From IMG/VR virus record IMGVR_UViG_3300028591_000096: a stretch of DNA of 64,000 nucleotides; one strand, 5' to 3'. This DNA is from a virus. Its lineage: Duplodnaviria; Caudoviricetes. This document shows, one piece after another, positions 28,217 to 37,975 of the stretch. Each line of letters starts with the position of its first letter. Position 1 is the first letter of the stretch. The notes beneath the pieces were generated by a model. That model made no database searches and was not told the origin of the DNA. It saw nothing but the letters and a program-made list of their open reading frames with translations. Both the position numbers and the translations under genes were made by a program.

Positions 28217-29734
28217 TTATAGTTTAAAGTCCTGATATCTTTTATTTTTCTCTTCCTTATCTGTTATTTTAACAAGTGAAGCCTCATCACCTTTCTTTAT
28301 AGTATAATCTTTACCTTCTGCTGGATCAATCAATTTAACATCTTGAACAGAATTTATTCTATCTCCAAAATCTTTAAGGAAATCTTCGTATTCTTCAAGT
28401 GCAGCATCCTGTAATATTGTTTTAATTGATTCTACTTTAGCATAGTAAAGTTCAAGAGCAATTTTACTAACTTCATTTACCCCTTTACCTGGAATAGTAT
28501 AAATATCACCATCTTTCATCTTTACTTTATAAAGATCGTAATGTTTATCCATTTTGTAGTATATATCCCTTATCTGATCTCTTGCTGTTCTTGAGTTGAA
28601 GTCCTTAGCTATTTCAGCAGGTTCTCCAGAATTATATCCAGGAATATTAAGAATGAAATTAGCATATCCTACTTTATATGGGGAAAAACTTCCATATTTA
28701 TATGTAGGTTTAGGCAATGGTTTTAAAGATGGTTCCTTTGGTCTATTTGGTTGTACAGTTGTCACATTAAGGAATTTATTCTGTTGTGGAACTTCTATCT
28801 TTTCCCCTCTTATTACTTCAACCTTTCCGTCAACTTTTGGTTCCTCCAATGTATCAAGAACAACAGAAGATGCCATTACCTCGTTCATGGTATCACAAAG
28901 TTCTTTTCTTGTGTTCAGTGCTTCGTTATATGCTTGTTTTTGTGTTGGTGCTGACCAATAACACATTTCACCATCATCAAAATAGAACTTATATTTAGGA
29001 CAACCTTGATTTATCTTCTCATTCAATTTATTATAGCATGGCTTTGTAGTGTATGCTATAATCATATTTGCCATTGTTTTTGCATTTTCCTCAGAATCAG
29101 ATCTTACTCTAAGTATTTCATCATTAGATAAAGTAACCCAATAAGGAACGAATATAGCGTTCATTGCTATATTCTTGGCTTCATTTGGATCTATACTTGA
29201 GTCAGCTGTACTGGAATCTTTCGTCAGCGCAGCAACTCCAGCTATAGCCCCAGCTCCAGCAGCACCACCTAAAACAGATTTAGATAATCTCTTAAACCAT
29301 CCTTCCTTGTTTTTATCCGAATAAGATGAAGATTTTCCTTTATGTGGGGTAGCAAGATAATCAACCCAAAATCTTGGATTCAATCTGTTAAGCCATGAAT
29401 TCTTATCCTCATATTTTTCCCTAATTCTATGAGACAATGCCCCTAGCCCAGCAAGAAGTACAGCAGGCCAACATATAATTGTAGTGATAGCTAAACTTGG
29501 AATGGATTGAAGCATTCCACTTATACCTCCTACTCTTGAACCTCCTGTTCTATCAAATCTTCCACCAGATCCATAATAAGAATGAGATTCATTTATAGAC
29601 TGAAACATAATATCAGATCCGTATCTTGACACAAGACTTTCAAGAATCATCATATCATATTCTTCTATATTATTTTTCTCTATAGATTCTGTTGTATATG
29701 TAGGTTTTATAATCATATATTTCTGATAAATCAT
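28217..29734 (-). CDS. Probable internal virion protein with two hydrophobic segments and four beta-beta-alpha repeats (probable start 29716)
   Basis: ILES and INES motifs; late promoter at 29740-29748 lies too close to the first ATG. Confidence 0.6.
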   Translation of the reverse strand: MIYQKYMIIKPTYTTESIEKNNIEEYDMMILESLVSRYGSDIMFQSINESHSYYGSGGRFDRTGGSRVGGISGMLQSIPSLAITTIICWPAVLLAGLGALSHRIREKYEDKNSWLNRLNPRFWVDYLATPHKGKSSSYSDKNKEGWFKRLSKSVLGGAAGAGAIAGVAALTKDSSTADSSIDPNEAKNIAMNAIFVPYWVTLSNDEILRVRSDSEENAKTMANMIIAYTTKPCYNKLNEKINQGCPKYKFYFDDGEMCYWSAPTQKQAYNEALNTRKELCDTMNEVMASSVVLDTLEEPKVDGKVEVIRGEKIEVPQQNKFLNVTTVQPNRPKEPSLKPLPKPTYKYGSFSPYKVGYANFILNIPGYNSGEPAEIAKDFNSRTARDQIRDIYYKMDKHYDLYKVKMKDGDIYTIPGKGVNEVSKIALELYYAKVESIKTILQDAALEEYEDFLKDFGDRINSVQDVKLIDPAEGKDYTIKKGDEASLVKITDKEEKNKRYQDFKL

Positions 29735-29739
29735 TTAAC

Positions 29740-29748
29740 TATTTATCT
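29740..29748 (-). promoter_or_regulatory. Late promoter AGATAAATA
   Basis: Lies just downstream of the terminator of the VWA operon. Confidence 0.7.
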
Positions 29749-29767
29749 AGATTTATACAGTAATAAT

Positions 29768-29800
29768 AAAAGAGAGAATCTTGTCGATCCTCTCTTTTTT
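29768..29800 (-). terminator. Intrinsic terminator of the AAA/peptidase/VWA operon
   Basis: AAAAGAGAGAATC...GATCCTCTCTTTTTT hairpin. Confidence 0.7.
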
Positions 29801-29818
29801 AAATATCTTATTTTACAA

Positions 29819-32800
29819 TTAAGCTACTGTAGCACCAGTCTGTTTGTAAGTCTGTTGTGAAGCAAATCTTCTAGCAGCCTTTGCAACAGCACGACAAGCA
29901 CCATCAAGATCAACAAGGAAGTCTGTCATATTTTCCTCGTTATTTGCATTGATAACAGAACTACATGTGTAGAATACATCATTCAACAGAGGAAGTGTTA
30001 TATTCATCCAATCTATAGCACCGTTTGTCTTGATTGTATTAGCAATCTCAATAACCTTATTAAGCTGGTTTCTGATACGTCTAATCATATCTTCCTTAGT
30101 TGCGAAATGATCGACTGCATCTTCAGATGCACCAGCAAAATCAAGATTCTTCATTGCGTCATTAACCTTAACAATGTCACCAGACAAATCGTCAATAACT
30201 TGAGCAAATTTTGTCTTTGTTTGCTCAGTCTTAGCATCTTCACCGTTATCCTGCTGTGCAGATACATTAGAAGCTTTCTTACTACGGTTTCTTTCACCAA
30301 GTTTCTTCATTTTCTTGGCCGTAATATTAGCAGCTTCGTCTGATTCACCAGCAAGAATCTTGTACTCCTCACCAAATCTCATTGCTGACTTTACAAGCTT
30401 TTCGCCTTCATCCACTATAGCTTTATAATCATTTTCTGGATTAACGATAAACTCAATATGATCAATAACATCATTAAGAGTTTCTACCATTTTTTCAATG
30501 ACATCCTGTTTCTTTGTAATAAGATCCTCATTATTAATCAATTTAGACTTAATAAGATTAGAATAATTATAAAGTATATCTACACTATCATCTATTTTAC
30601 TTAAAAGTGTTTTATTACTATACCAACTATGTGCGTTTGTATATTCATCTATAGCGTTCTTTAATGCATTTTTAACATCATTAAATATTAATTTATTTGC
30701 TAAAATATAATCAATACATCCGCTAAAACTTGCAAATATGTCATTCTGATCTGCGATTTTTTTAGATGAGCTTGCACCTTTAATATCATTACGTGTTCTT
30801 TCTCCAGTTGCACGATCATAATCGTAATTCTTTATATCATTATACATACCAGATTTATAGATATCACGAAGAACTTTCTTTCCCACAAGTTTAAGAGCTT
30901 CATCGTTAACATCAACACGGATATCATATTCCTTTTCACATTTGTCAGGGAACATCATAAGAACATCAAATGGATTAGAATGATCATAATTATCATCTGT
31001 ATCTTTATCTTTACCCTTAAACGAAAGTGATTTTAATGCTGTTTTAACATTATCAACGTCTTTGATAGAATCTATCATATTAAGAAGTTCTGATCTATCA
31101 GCATCAATAATTTCATCAATTGTATATCTTGGTTTATCATCAACACCTCTTAATGAAGATCCAATAAGCAAAGCTTTTATAAAGTTATCAGAGAAGAATG
31201 TAAACACATTTTGTCCATTATTTGATGAAAAATATGCACCGTTGAACTCAGTTTTTGCATTATAATTTGGACTCTTTCCATTCTGTTTAAATGGAATTGT
31301 ATATTTTCTATTTCTTGTATAAACTATAACAGAATCTCCTTTTTCTCTGTAACTACCAAACATATCATTTAGTAATTTTGCAAAAATTTCATCATTATCA
31401 GAACAATTTCTAATAAGATTTGGTTCAAGAATATTTTCAACCTTAAAATGATACTTATCTTCAACTGTTAATCCTCTTAATGTTGCCATCACAAAATAAA
31501 GAATATGTAAAGCTGTGTCTTCAATAGATGCTGGTCCATTTTTATCATCTTCATGATATTTTGCATCTGGAATATTACCTGGATCAATTCCAAGACTATC
31601 AAGATAAGTATAAGTCTGCTTCAATACATTATATCTAAAATCAATTTCTTGCTTAATCTTTTCTTGATCCGTAATAGGATTACCATCGCTATCAGTAAGA
31701 AAAACAATTTTTGCATCCTTACCTTTTTTATCTTGAGCATACACTGCGCTTATAACATCATCGGATGTTGTAAACAATCTAATGCCAGCATATCCTAACT
31801 GGTTTATATTATCTTTATGCTTCTCAAAATACTTAGTTTCTCTTGCTGCTAATCTAACTTGACTAATATCTGTTATAACAGTAACATCATCATCTTTTAT
31901 ATCACCCCATCCAACATTAAGTATAGGATCAATCACATCGAAGAATACATTTCTATTCTTCTTGTATAGTTCAGTTGATGCTATATAATCATCTTCAGAA
32001 ACCTTGCTTCCAGCTTGAGGTTTTGAACGTCTTGGAAATATAGTGCTAAGTTTCTTAGGCATAGCCATTTCATTAATAAATGACTCACTTAGAGCTATTC
32101 TGTTCTTAATGATATCAGCTACACTTTCGTTATTTCTCTTAGTCATTGTAAATACATGTTTTGGTTTATTTTCGAGTTCACTTATTGGTGTAAGAGTCTT
32201 CATCAATGATGTAACATATTTATTCTGAGCATCCTTTGATATATGTTTATTCATTGGATAACATACATTGATTGATACACGCCCAGTAACTGCCTGTGGA
32301 GCATTGTCAAATCCACCCAAATTGGCAAGATTAAACATTACTAAATCACCACCTATTTCCTTAGGGAACCCAACAGGGAATCCTCTGAATGTTCTGGTAT
32401 TCTTCAGTTTTACATTACCGATAAGCTGATCGATAGTCATTACGGAACAAGCTTCGCAGAGATTATTGATGTTAGATCCATCAACATCCATATGAAGAAT
32501 AACATGAGCTTCCTCTGTAACATAATATGTATTAGGAGTAGCCATTACAGCCGTATATTCCTTTACCATATTACAGTTAGGGAAGAACTTTTCCAGATTA
32601 GCAACAAGTTCAGGAAGAACCTTCTCAAGCTGACCCACAGCACGAGCACCCTGAATTTCGGCTTTTCTCAGACGCTCATTCTTTTCATCTTCTGTTCTTT
32701 CAGATGGATCGATCTGAGCTTGTTGTTGCTTTTGCTGAATCTTCTTCAAGCCTCCAAGAGCCTCGTTCATATTCATTCTCTTTTGGTTAATATTCATTGA

Positions 32801-35230
32801 TTCACTTTTCAAGTCGATAATACCACGACTCTTTCTGATACGATCTTCAATTTTCTTCATTGTTTCAGCGGCTTGAGACGCAAACTCCTTTTTCCATTCT
32901 TCAGATGGATCGATCTGACCTTGTTGTTGCTGTGTCTGACCTTGACTCTTTCTGATACGATCTTCAATTTTCTTCATTGTTTCAGCGGCTTGAGACGCAA
33001 ACTCCTTTTTCCATTCTTCAGATGGATCGATCTGACCTTGTTGTTGCTGTGTCTGACCTTGTTGTTGCTGTGGCGGAATCTTCTTCAAGCTTCCAAGAGC
33101 CTCGTTCATATTCATTCTCTTTTGGTTAATATTCATTGATTCACTTAATATTTGTTTTCTAAATGCTTCTACTGAAATTTCATAGTGTTGTGAATACTTT
33201 GATACAAGTTGATCCATTTCTTCTGTAACTTCCTTGAGATACATATTAGCATAATCGTTATATATTACGTAAAGCATTCTCTCAAGTGTATGCTGACCTA
33301 ATTTAGCCGCGAATGGTTTAATGTTTCCAGAATACTGCATGCCAGAAACGTCTGTAATGATAATGATCGCATTAATATCATAATTAAGCTCACCATCATT
33401 CATATAGTTCTTGATAATATGCTTGTAAACTTCGTGAATGTTCGTACCACCACCGTCATCAGCACCTTCAATACCCCAGTTTTCATCCTGTACTGTATAT
33501 GAATCCACATCAAAGTGTTCATTATATACAACATCATCAAACAGATGAATATCAACAGTATTGAAATGACAATCCTGCATAATCTTTCCAACTTCACCAG
33601 CCATGATAGGAATAAGCTGTGTCATGCCGTTATTTACAGAACCAGATGTATCTATATATACAACACACTTATTAAAATCATTGAAAGCCTTTACTCTATG
33701 TTTAAGACCTATACCAGTTCTCTGATATACGTTCTTACGTAGTGGGCCTTTTTCATATGTATGAGATCTCTCGGAAATAAAATCCTGTAAGGCTTTTTTC
33801 CAGTCGATAATACCTTCACGACTCTTTCTGATACGACCTTCAATTTTATTCTTCATTGTTTCAGCGGCAGACACAAGCTCCTTATCGTCTTGTGGGGCAT
33901 GTTTGAATATATCGCCAATGATAGGGAATGCTTCTTTAATCATAGCGTCTTCATCATCACTCATACCCCAATCTGGATCCTTAGGTGTAACACCCATTTC
34001 CTTGCGTATTTCATCACCTATCTTTTCATCTATTACGTGAGCACCAATCATAAGTTCACCTGGATCTACTGTTCCGTTCCTCATAACAATAACATCATCT
34101 GGAACATAGATTTCTTTCTCTTCTGGATCCTGTTGTTTGTTTCCACTACCTTTTATTGTATTTCTGAACAGATCATGAATCTTGCTTGTTCTCTCATCAT
34201 CATTTATACTTGTATCATCGAGCAAAGCTGCAATGTCATCATCGATAGATTCATTCAATGATTCGAGAATCTTCATAGGATCAAGATTATCTGGAAGCTC
34301 AACCTGGTCTCTCATAACAGGTGCAAGACCTCTATGTTTGTACATTTCCTCAGCATATTTCTTACCAAGAATATATCCTATAGAATATTCGTCAATCTGT
34401 GAAGCATTTTCTTGTGAACCTTGTTGCTGTTGGTTTCCTTGTCCATGCTGACCGTTTTGATTCTGGCTTTGTGAATTACCTTGTCCTTGACCTTGCTGTT
34501 GGTTTCCTTGTCCCTGCTGTCCTTGTGAACCACCACCTTGACCATTCTGATTACCAGATTGTCCCTGCTGTCCACCTTGCTGACCTTGAGACTGTGAACC
34601 ACCTTGTCCGTTTTGCTGATTACCTTGAGATCCTTGAGATCCTCCACCGTTCTGTTGATTACCAGACTGGTTTCCTTGCTGTCCGCTTTGAGAACCACCA
34701 TTTGATCCTTGATTACCAGATTGATTACCTTGCTGACCATTTTGTCCACCATTTGAACCATTCTGACCTTGATTACCAGACTGATTACCCTGATTTCCTT
34801 GTGATCCGTTTCCGTTTTGCTGATTACCATTCTGTTGACCATTCTGACCAACACCCTGATTCTTCAACTGATTATGGCTTACATTATGGACACCATTGTT
34901 ATTGTTCTGTCCATTCTGTCCCTGACCCTGTCCTTGACCTTGACCGTTTTGTCCCTGTCCCTGACCGTTCTGACCTTGTTGACCGTTACCTTGATTCTGA
35001 CCCTGGCCTTGTCCCTGACCATTCTGATTCTGATCATCATTTTGTCCGTTGCCACTATTTCCACCAGAGGCAGAATTACCAGCACCACCAGCATCTTTTG
35101 TATCAGCACCAGTCACACCACCAGAATTTGCGGAATTGTAAATATCCTTAATCTTCTGGATTTTCTCTTGCTTGGATAATGTCTTATCCTGTACAACTTG
35201 GTTGATTTCTTTTTTTACATCGTAACGCAT
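29819..35230 (-). CDS. Giant VWA (DUF2201-type) protein with Q/N/G low-complexity tract and long C-terminal extension
   Basis: IDWKKAL, VYIDTSGSV (MIDAS), GGGTN, IIITD; adjacent to an HExxH peptidase and a MoxR ATPase. Confidence 0.85.
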   Translation of the reverse strand: MRYDVKKEINQVVQDKTLSKQEKIQKIKDIYNSANSGGVTGADTKDAGGAGNSASGGNSGNGQNDDQNQNGQGQGQGQNQGNGQQGQNGQGQGQNGQGQGQGQGQNGQNNNNGVHNVSHNQLKNQGVGQNGQQNGNQQNGNGSQGNQGNQSGNQGQNGSNGGQNGQQGNQSGNQGSNGGSQSGQQGNQSGNQQNGGGSQGSQGNQQNGQGGSQSQGQQGGQQGQSGNQNGQGGGSQGQQGQGNQQQGQGQGNSQSQNQNGQHGQGNQQQQGSQENASQIDEYSIGYILGKKYAEEMYKHRGLAPVMRDQVELPDNLDPMKILESLNESIDDDIAALLDDTSINDDERTSKIHDLFRNTIKGSGNKQQDPEEKEIYVPDDVIVMRNGTVDPGELMIGAHVIDEKIGDEIRKEMGVTPKDPDWGMSDDEDAMIKEAFPIIGDIFKHAPQDDKELVSAAETMKNKIEGRIRKSREGIIDWKKALQDFISERSHTYEKGPLRKNVYQRTGIGLKHRVKAFNDFNKCVVYIDTSGSVNNGMTQLIPIMAGEVGKIMQDCHFNTVDIHLFDDVVYNEHFDVDSYTVQDENWGIEGADDGGGTNIHEVYKHIIKNYMNDGELNYDINAIIIITDVSGMQYSGNIKPFAAKLGQHTLERMLYVIYNDYANMYLKEVTEEMDQLVSKYSQHYEISVEAFRKQILSESMNINQKRMNMNEALGSLKKIPPQQQQGQTQQQQGQIDPSEEWKKEFASQAAETMKKIEDRIRKSQGQTQQQQGQIDPSEEWKKEFASQAAETMKKIEDRIRKSRGIIDLKSESMNINQKRMNMNEALGGLKKIQQKQQQAQIDPSERTEDEKNERLRKAEIQGARAVGQLEKVLPELVANLEKFFPNCNMVKEYTAVMATPNTYYVTEEAHVILHMDVDGSNINNLCEACSVMTIDQLIGNVKLKNTRTFRGFPVGFPKEIGGDLVMFNLANLGGFDNAPQAVTGRVSINVCYPMNKHISKDAQNKYVTSLMKTLTPISELENKPKHVFTMTKRNNESVADIIKNRIALSESFINEMAMPKKLSTIFPRRSKPQAGSKVSEDDYIASTELYKKNRNVFFDVIDPILNVGWGDIKDDDVTVITDISQVRLAARETKYFEKHKDNINQLGYAGIRLFTTSDDVISAVYAQDKKGKDAKIVFLTDSDGNPITDQEKIKQEIDFRYNVLKQTYTYLDSLGIDPGNIPDAKYHEDDKNGPASIEDTALHILYFVMATLRGLTVEDKYHFKVENILEPNLIRNCSDNDEIFAKLLNDMFGSYREKGDSVIVYTRNRKYTIPFKQNGKSPNYNAKTEFNGAYFSSNNGQNVFTFFSDNFIKALLIGSSLRGVDDKPRYTIDEIIDADRSELLNMIDSIKDVDNVKTALKSLSFKGKDKDTDDNYDHSNPFDVLMMFPDKCEKEYDIRVDVNDEALKLVGKKVLRDIYKSGMYNDIKNYDYDRATGERTRNDIKGASSSKKIADQNDIFASFSGCIDYILANKLIFNDVKNALKNAIDEYTNAHSWYSNKTLLSKIDDSVDILYNYSNLIKSKLINNEDLITKKQDVIEKMVETLNDVIDHIEFIVNPENDYKAIVDEGEKLVKSAMRFGEEYKILAGESDEAANITAKKMKKLGERNRSKKASNVSAQQDNGEDAKTEQTKTKFAQVIDDLSGDIVKVNDAMKNLDFAGASEDAVDHFATKEDMIRRIRNQLNKVIEIANTIKTNGAIDWMNITLPLLNDVFYTCSSVINANNEENMTDFLVDLDGACRAVAKAARRFASQQTYKQTGATVA
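32737..33146 (-). repeat. In-frame composite duplication: 117-bp tandem repeat x2 (32827-33060) flanked by 71-bp direct repeats (32737-32807 and 33076-33146)
   Basis: Directly visible. The 39-aa unit is QGQTQQQQGQIDPSEEWKKEFASQAAETMKKIEDRIRKS. Confidence 0.92.
34400..35135 (-). repeat. Roughly 245-codon Gln/Gly/Asn/Ser low-complexity coding tract
   Basis: QGQGQ, NGQQG and GNQSGNQ units in translation. Confidence 0.9.
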
Positions 35231-35922
35231 TTTTCAACAAGACTTTCTTTTCTTAATTTATCCATAACTTCTGCATATCCATCTGCAAAACCTTTCTTCC
35301 ATTCATCGGATGTCTTTTCAAGAACCTTTGTTCTCTTCTGTCTTGGTACTTTGTCATATATCTCTTCCCAAGTAAGACCTTTCTTTCCGAATTCATCACT
35401 ATAACATCCACCTAAAGCATTAGTAATACCTTTGAAAGGTGCTGTTCCTGGCCCCTGTCTCATGAAATTCTCAATAGTATAATTGATTTCATAGTCCTGT
35501 GCCATGTTTACTATTTCAGCATCCGAATATTTATCAAGCGTAGCCATGTGCTTGTTACAGTGATCAAACAGAATATGAAGTGCTTCGTGAATAAGAACAA
35601 ATTCAACATATAATGGACCTTTGTCTTCATCCATATTGATAAGCTGTTCAGCAAAAGCTGGGTTAATAAAGATAGAAACACCGTCAGTAGCCATAGTAGG
35701 AACATAAGGATTATCAGTATATATAATATCCTTATGTTTCATGATACGTTCAACGCTTGGAAAATACTGTGCTAAGTCTTGCATTACAGCTTCAACGACC
35801 ATAACAACAGTATCCATGTCAACGGCTGTACCATCTTTCTTTATCCAAATAGGATTTCCAGACTGCGATTCAAACAATCTGGAAGTCTCTATTGGAGCAT
35901 CTGTATATTTTATCACATACAT
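35215..35922 (-). CDS. DUF2201-N-like HExxH metallopeptidase
   Basis: PTMATDG..INP, FVLIHEALHILFDH, NMAQDYEIN, GLTWEEIYD. Confidence 0.85.
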   Translation of the reverse strand: MYVIKYTDAPIETSRLFESQSGNPIWIKKDGTAVDMDTVVMVVEAVMQDLAQYFPSVERIMKHKDIIYTDNPYVPTMATDGVSIFINPAFAEQLINMDEDKGPLYVEFVLIHEALHILFDHCNKHMATLDKYSDAEIVNMAQDYEINYTIENFMRQGPGTAPFKGITNALGGCYSDEFGKKGLTWEEIYDKVPRQKRTKVLEKTSDEWKKGFADGYAEVMDKLRKESLVEKCVTM

Positions 35923-35927
35923 AGTGA

Positions 35928-37946
35928 TTAAACTAATTCGTTTTTAGCAATAACTTCTTCTTTATAATTTGCCGCATCAGCATATGGGCCTTGCAGTGAC
36001 TTAAGATCAACATTGAATTCAAATCCGAACATTGTACTTATAGTCTTGAATCTGTTCAAGTTAAACTTACCACTGTCATAGCAGCAAGCCTCAAGGAATT
36101 GCATAAAGTGAAGCGCAGCATCAGGAGCAACACCATTCTCAAGTCCACCAGGATAACAATCCTTCAGAAGTGGGAAGATATGATTAGTGAAGTATTCCTC
36201 AATGTTAGAAGAATTAAGCTTCTGCTGCTTGATAATTTCATATTTAGCATTATCACCCTTTGTCCATACATTCTCTGCATCAGCTGGAGTGAACAAAGAG
36301 AACTGAGCAACGAATGTTGCGAATCTCTTGGCAACGTCACCACCGACGATACCAGAAGCGATGTGTGCAAGAGCAGCCTTTGGCATAGACGAAATTGCAG
36401 GATACTTCTTACCAAATCTATTATCAAGGCACTGATCAATCAACGTTTCGCTAAGTGCCTCCCAAGTACGAGGGTTAGCTGTACCCTTTTCACCATTAAG
36501 TACTCCTGTTGGATGAGTCCACATTTCATAGAAATCACCAAAATTCTTTGGATCTCTTTTAAGTTCACTTTCAATATAACTTACAATATCAGTAAGAACG
36601 TTCTTTCTTCCTGGACGACGTGAAGAATCTCTTTTTGCCCAATCAAGCCAGTCTTTAGGATCTGGAACAAAATTACAGTGGTTGAAACGAGTCTTAGATG
36701 CACCTTCAAATAAAAGAGCTTCAGAACCTCCTCTGCGACTCATATCATCTTTACGGTTAGCAGCACACACAATAATCCATCTATCACCAAATCTTAATGT
36801 AGAGTTAGAACCAATTTCACGAGTTGTTGGGGTTTGCATGAGAGAATCCATACCAGCTTGTGTCATACGTGAATATTCATCGATGAAGAATATTCCGCCA
36901 GGACCATTTTCAATTACATCATTTCCGTTCTCATCCTTAACAAGACCACCTCCATTTGCAATAGCATTGAGAAGTTCTGGATCTGCCTCATCACTTTGTG
37001 GATTATAAACTGGTAACCATGTCTTTGGAAGATCCTTAATCACAGTTTGTGTTGCCCCCTTGAAGTCATCGTTGTCAGCATCTTCAATATCATTTGATGT
37101 GATAGTCTTTACGATTGAAGCTGGCATAGTGAAGTCATCTGGACCTACGTTACCACCATTTATAGAAATAATGTTAATTTCCTTTCCAGTTTCATTCTTT
37201 ACAACCTCTTTAAGTGAACGAATAATAGAAGTCTTACCAATACCAGGCGCACCCCAGATTAAAAGAGGAAGTGAGTTAGGCTTTCTTCCTTCATAGCGAC
37301 TCATATATTCGTTTGCAATATAATTTACAATTTGTTCTTGTGACCAGTCACAAAATGTACCCTTAAGATCAATTTTTTCTTCTTTTTTAAGATATGTATC
37401 CTCAGCCTCGAACAAAGTCTTGAGAAGACTAGTTGATCCTTTAACAGATTCATTTGTTGCACCACTGAAATCAATAGCACCTTCGTATTCACCACCAAAC
37501 TCGTAATTCTCTACAGCTTCTGGTGTAATGCCGAGTTCGTTACAAAGTTCAACTGTATCAGATCCAGGAACATAGTTTACACAATTTGTAGTCTTAGCAC
37601 CTTCCATAGCATTAACTGGATGGCTTGCCTCAAGATACTTGTTTTCTGTTCCCTTGAAGATAACGAATCCGTCAGTAACGAAAGCCTTAACCAAGAATTC
37701 TTTTACATTCTTTGCAATATCCTTAACTTTTGATGCAAACTTGCGACCATACTTGTTGACTGTCTCAGCAGCACCTCGAACAGTATCAAGAACACCTTCA
37801 TCAATTTTGTCAAGATTTGTTACTCTGCCCTTAGGGACATTCTGAATAACCCCGTTCTTAAAACGAACAATGTAATTGTTTGCTGATTCATTCAGAATCT
37901 CACAATTTACAACGTTATTGCTATTCTTTAATTTATATTTTGCCAT
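35928..37946 (-). CDS. MoxR-like AAA+ ATPase with N-terminal extension
   Basis: IWGAPGIGKTS, IFFIDEYSR, CAANR, KTRFNH, NPRTWE. Confidence 0.88.
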   Translation of the reverse strand: MAKYKLKNSNNVVNCEILNESANNYIVRFKNGVIQNVPKGRVTNLDKIDEGVLDTVRGAAETVNKYGRKFASKVKDIAKNVKEFLVKAFVTDGFVIFKGTENKYLEASHPVNAMEGAKTTNCVNYVPGSDTVELCNELGITPEAVENYEFGGEYEGAIDFSGATNESVKGSTSLLKTLFEAEDTYLKKEEKIDLKGTFCDWSQEQIVNYIANEYMSRYEGRKPNSLPLLIWGAPGIGKTSIIRSLKEVVKNETGKEINIISINGGNVGPDDFTMPASIVKTITSNDIEDADNDDFKGATQTVIKDLPKTWLPVYNPQSDEADPELLNAIANGGGLVKDENGNDVIENGPGGIFFIDEYSRMTQAGMDSLMQTPTTREIGSNSTLRFGDRWIIVCAANRKDDMSRRGGSEALLFEGASKTRFNHCNFVPDPKDWLDWAKRDSSRRPGRKNVLTDIVSYIESELKRDPKNFGDFYEMWTHPTGVLNGEKGTANPRTWEALSETLIDQCLDNRFGKKYPAISSMPKAALAHIASGIVGGDVAKRFATFVAQFSLFTPADAENVWTKGDNAKYEIIKQQKLNSSNIEEYFTNHIFPLLKDCYPGGLENGVAPDAALHFMQFLEACCYDSGKFNLNRFKTISTMFGFEFNVDLKSLQGPYADAANYKEEVIAKNELV

Positions 37947-37975
37947 TTTAATATATTAAAAATTTTAATTATCAA

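Noticed and set aside
32737-33868. CRISPR array or diversity-generating retroelement TR/VR pair
   Set aside because: The repeats are in-frame coding duplications without unique spacers. The differences are codon deletions and a few substitutions, not adenine-specific, and no reverse transcriptase or cas gene is present.
34378-35179. Alternative-frame and antisense ORFs over the Q/N/G tract (such as 34399-35151 +, 250 aa)
   Set aside because: Shadows of low-complexity codons that lack stops; no promoter or protein-like features.
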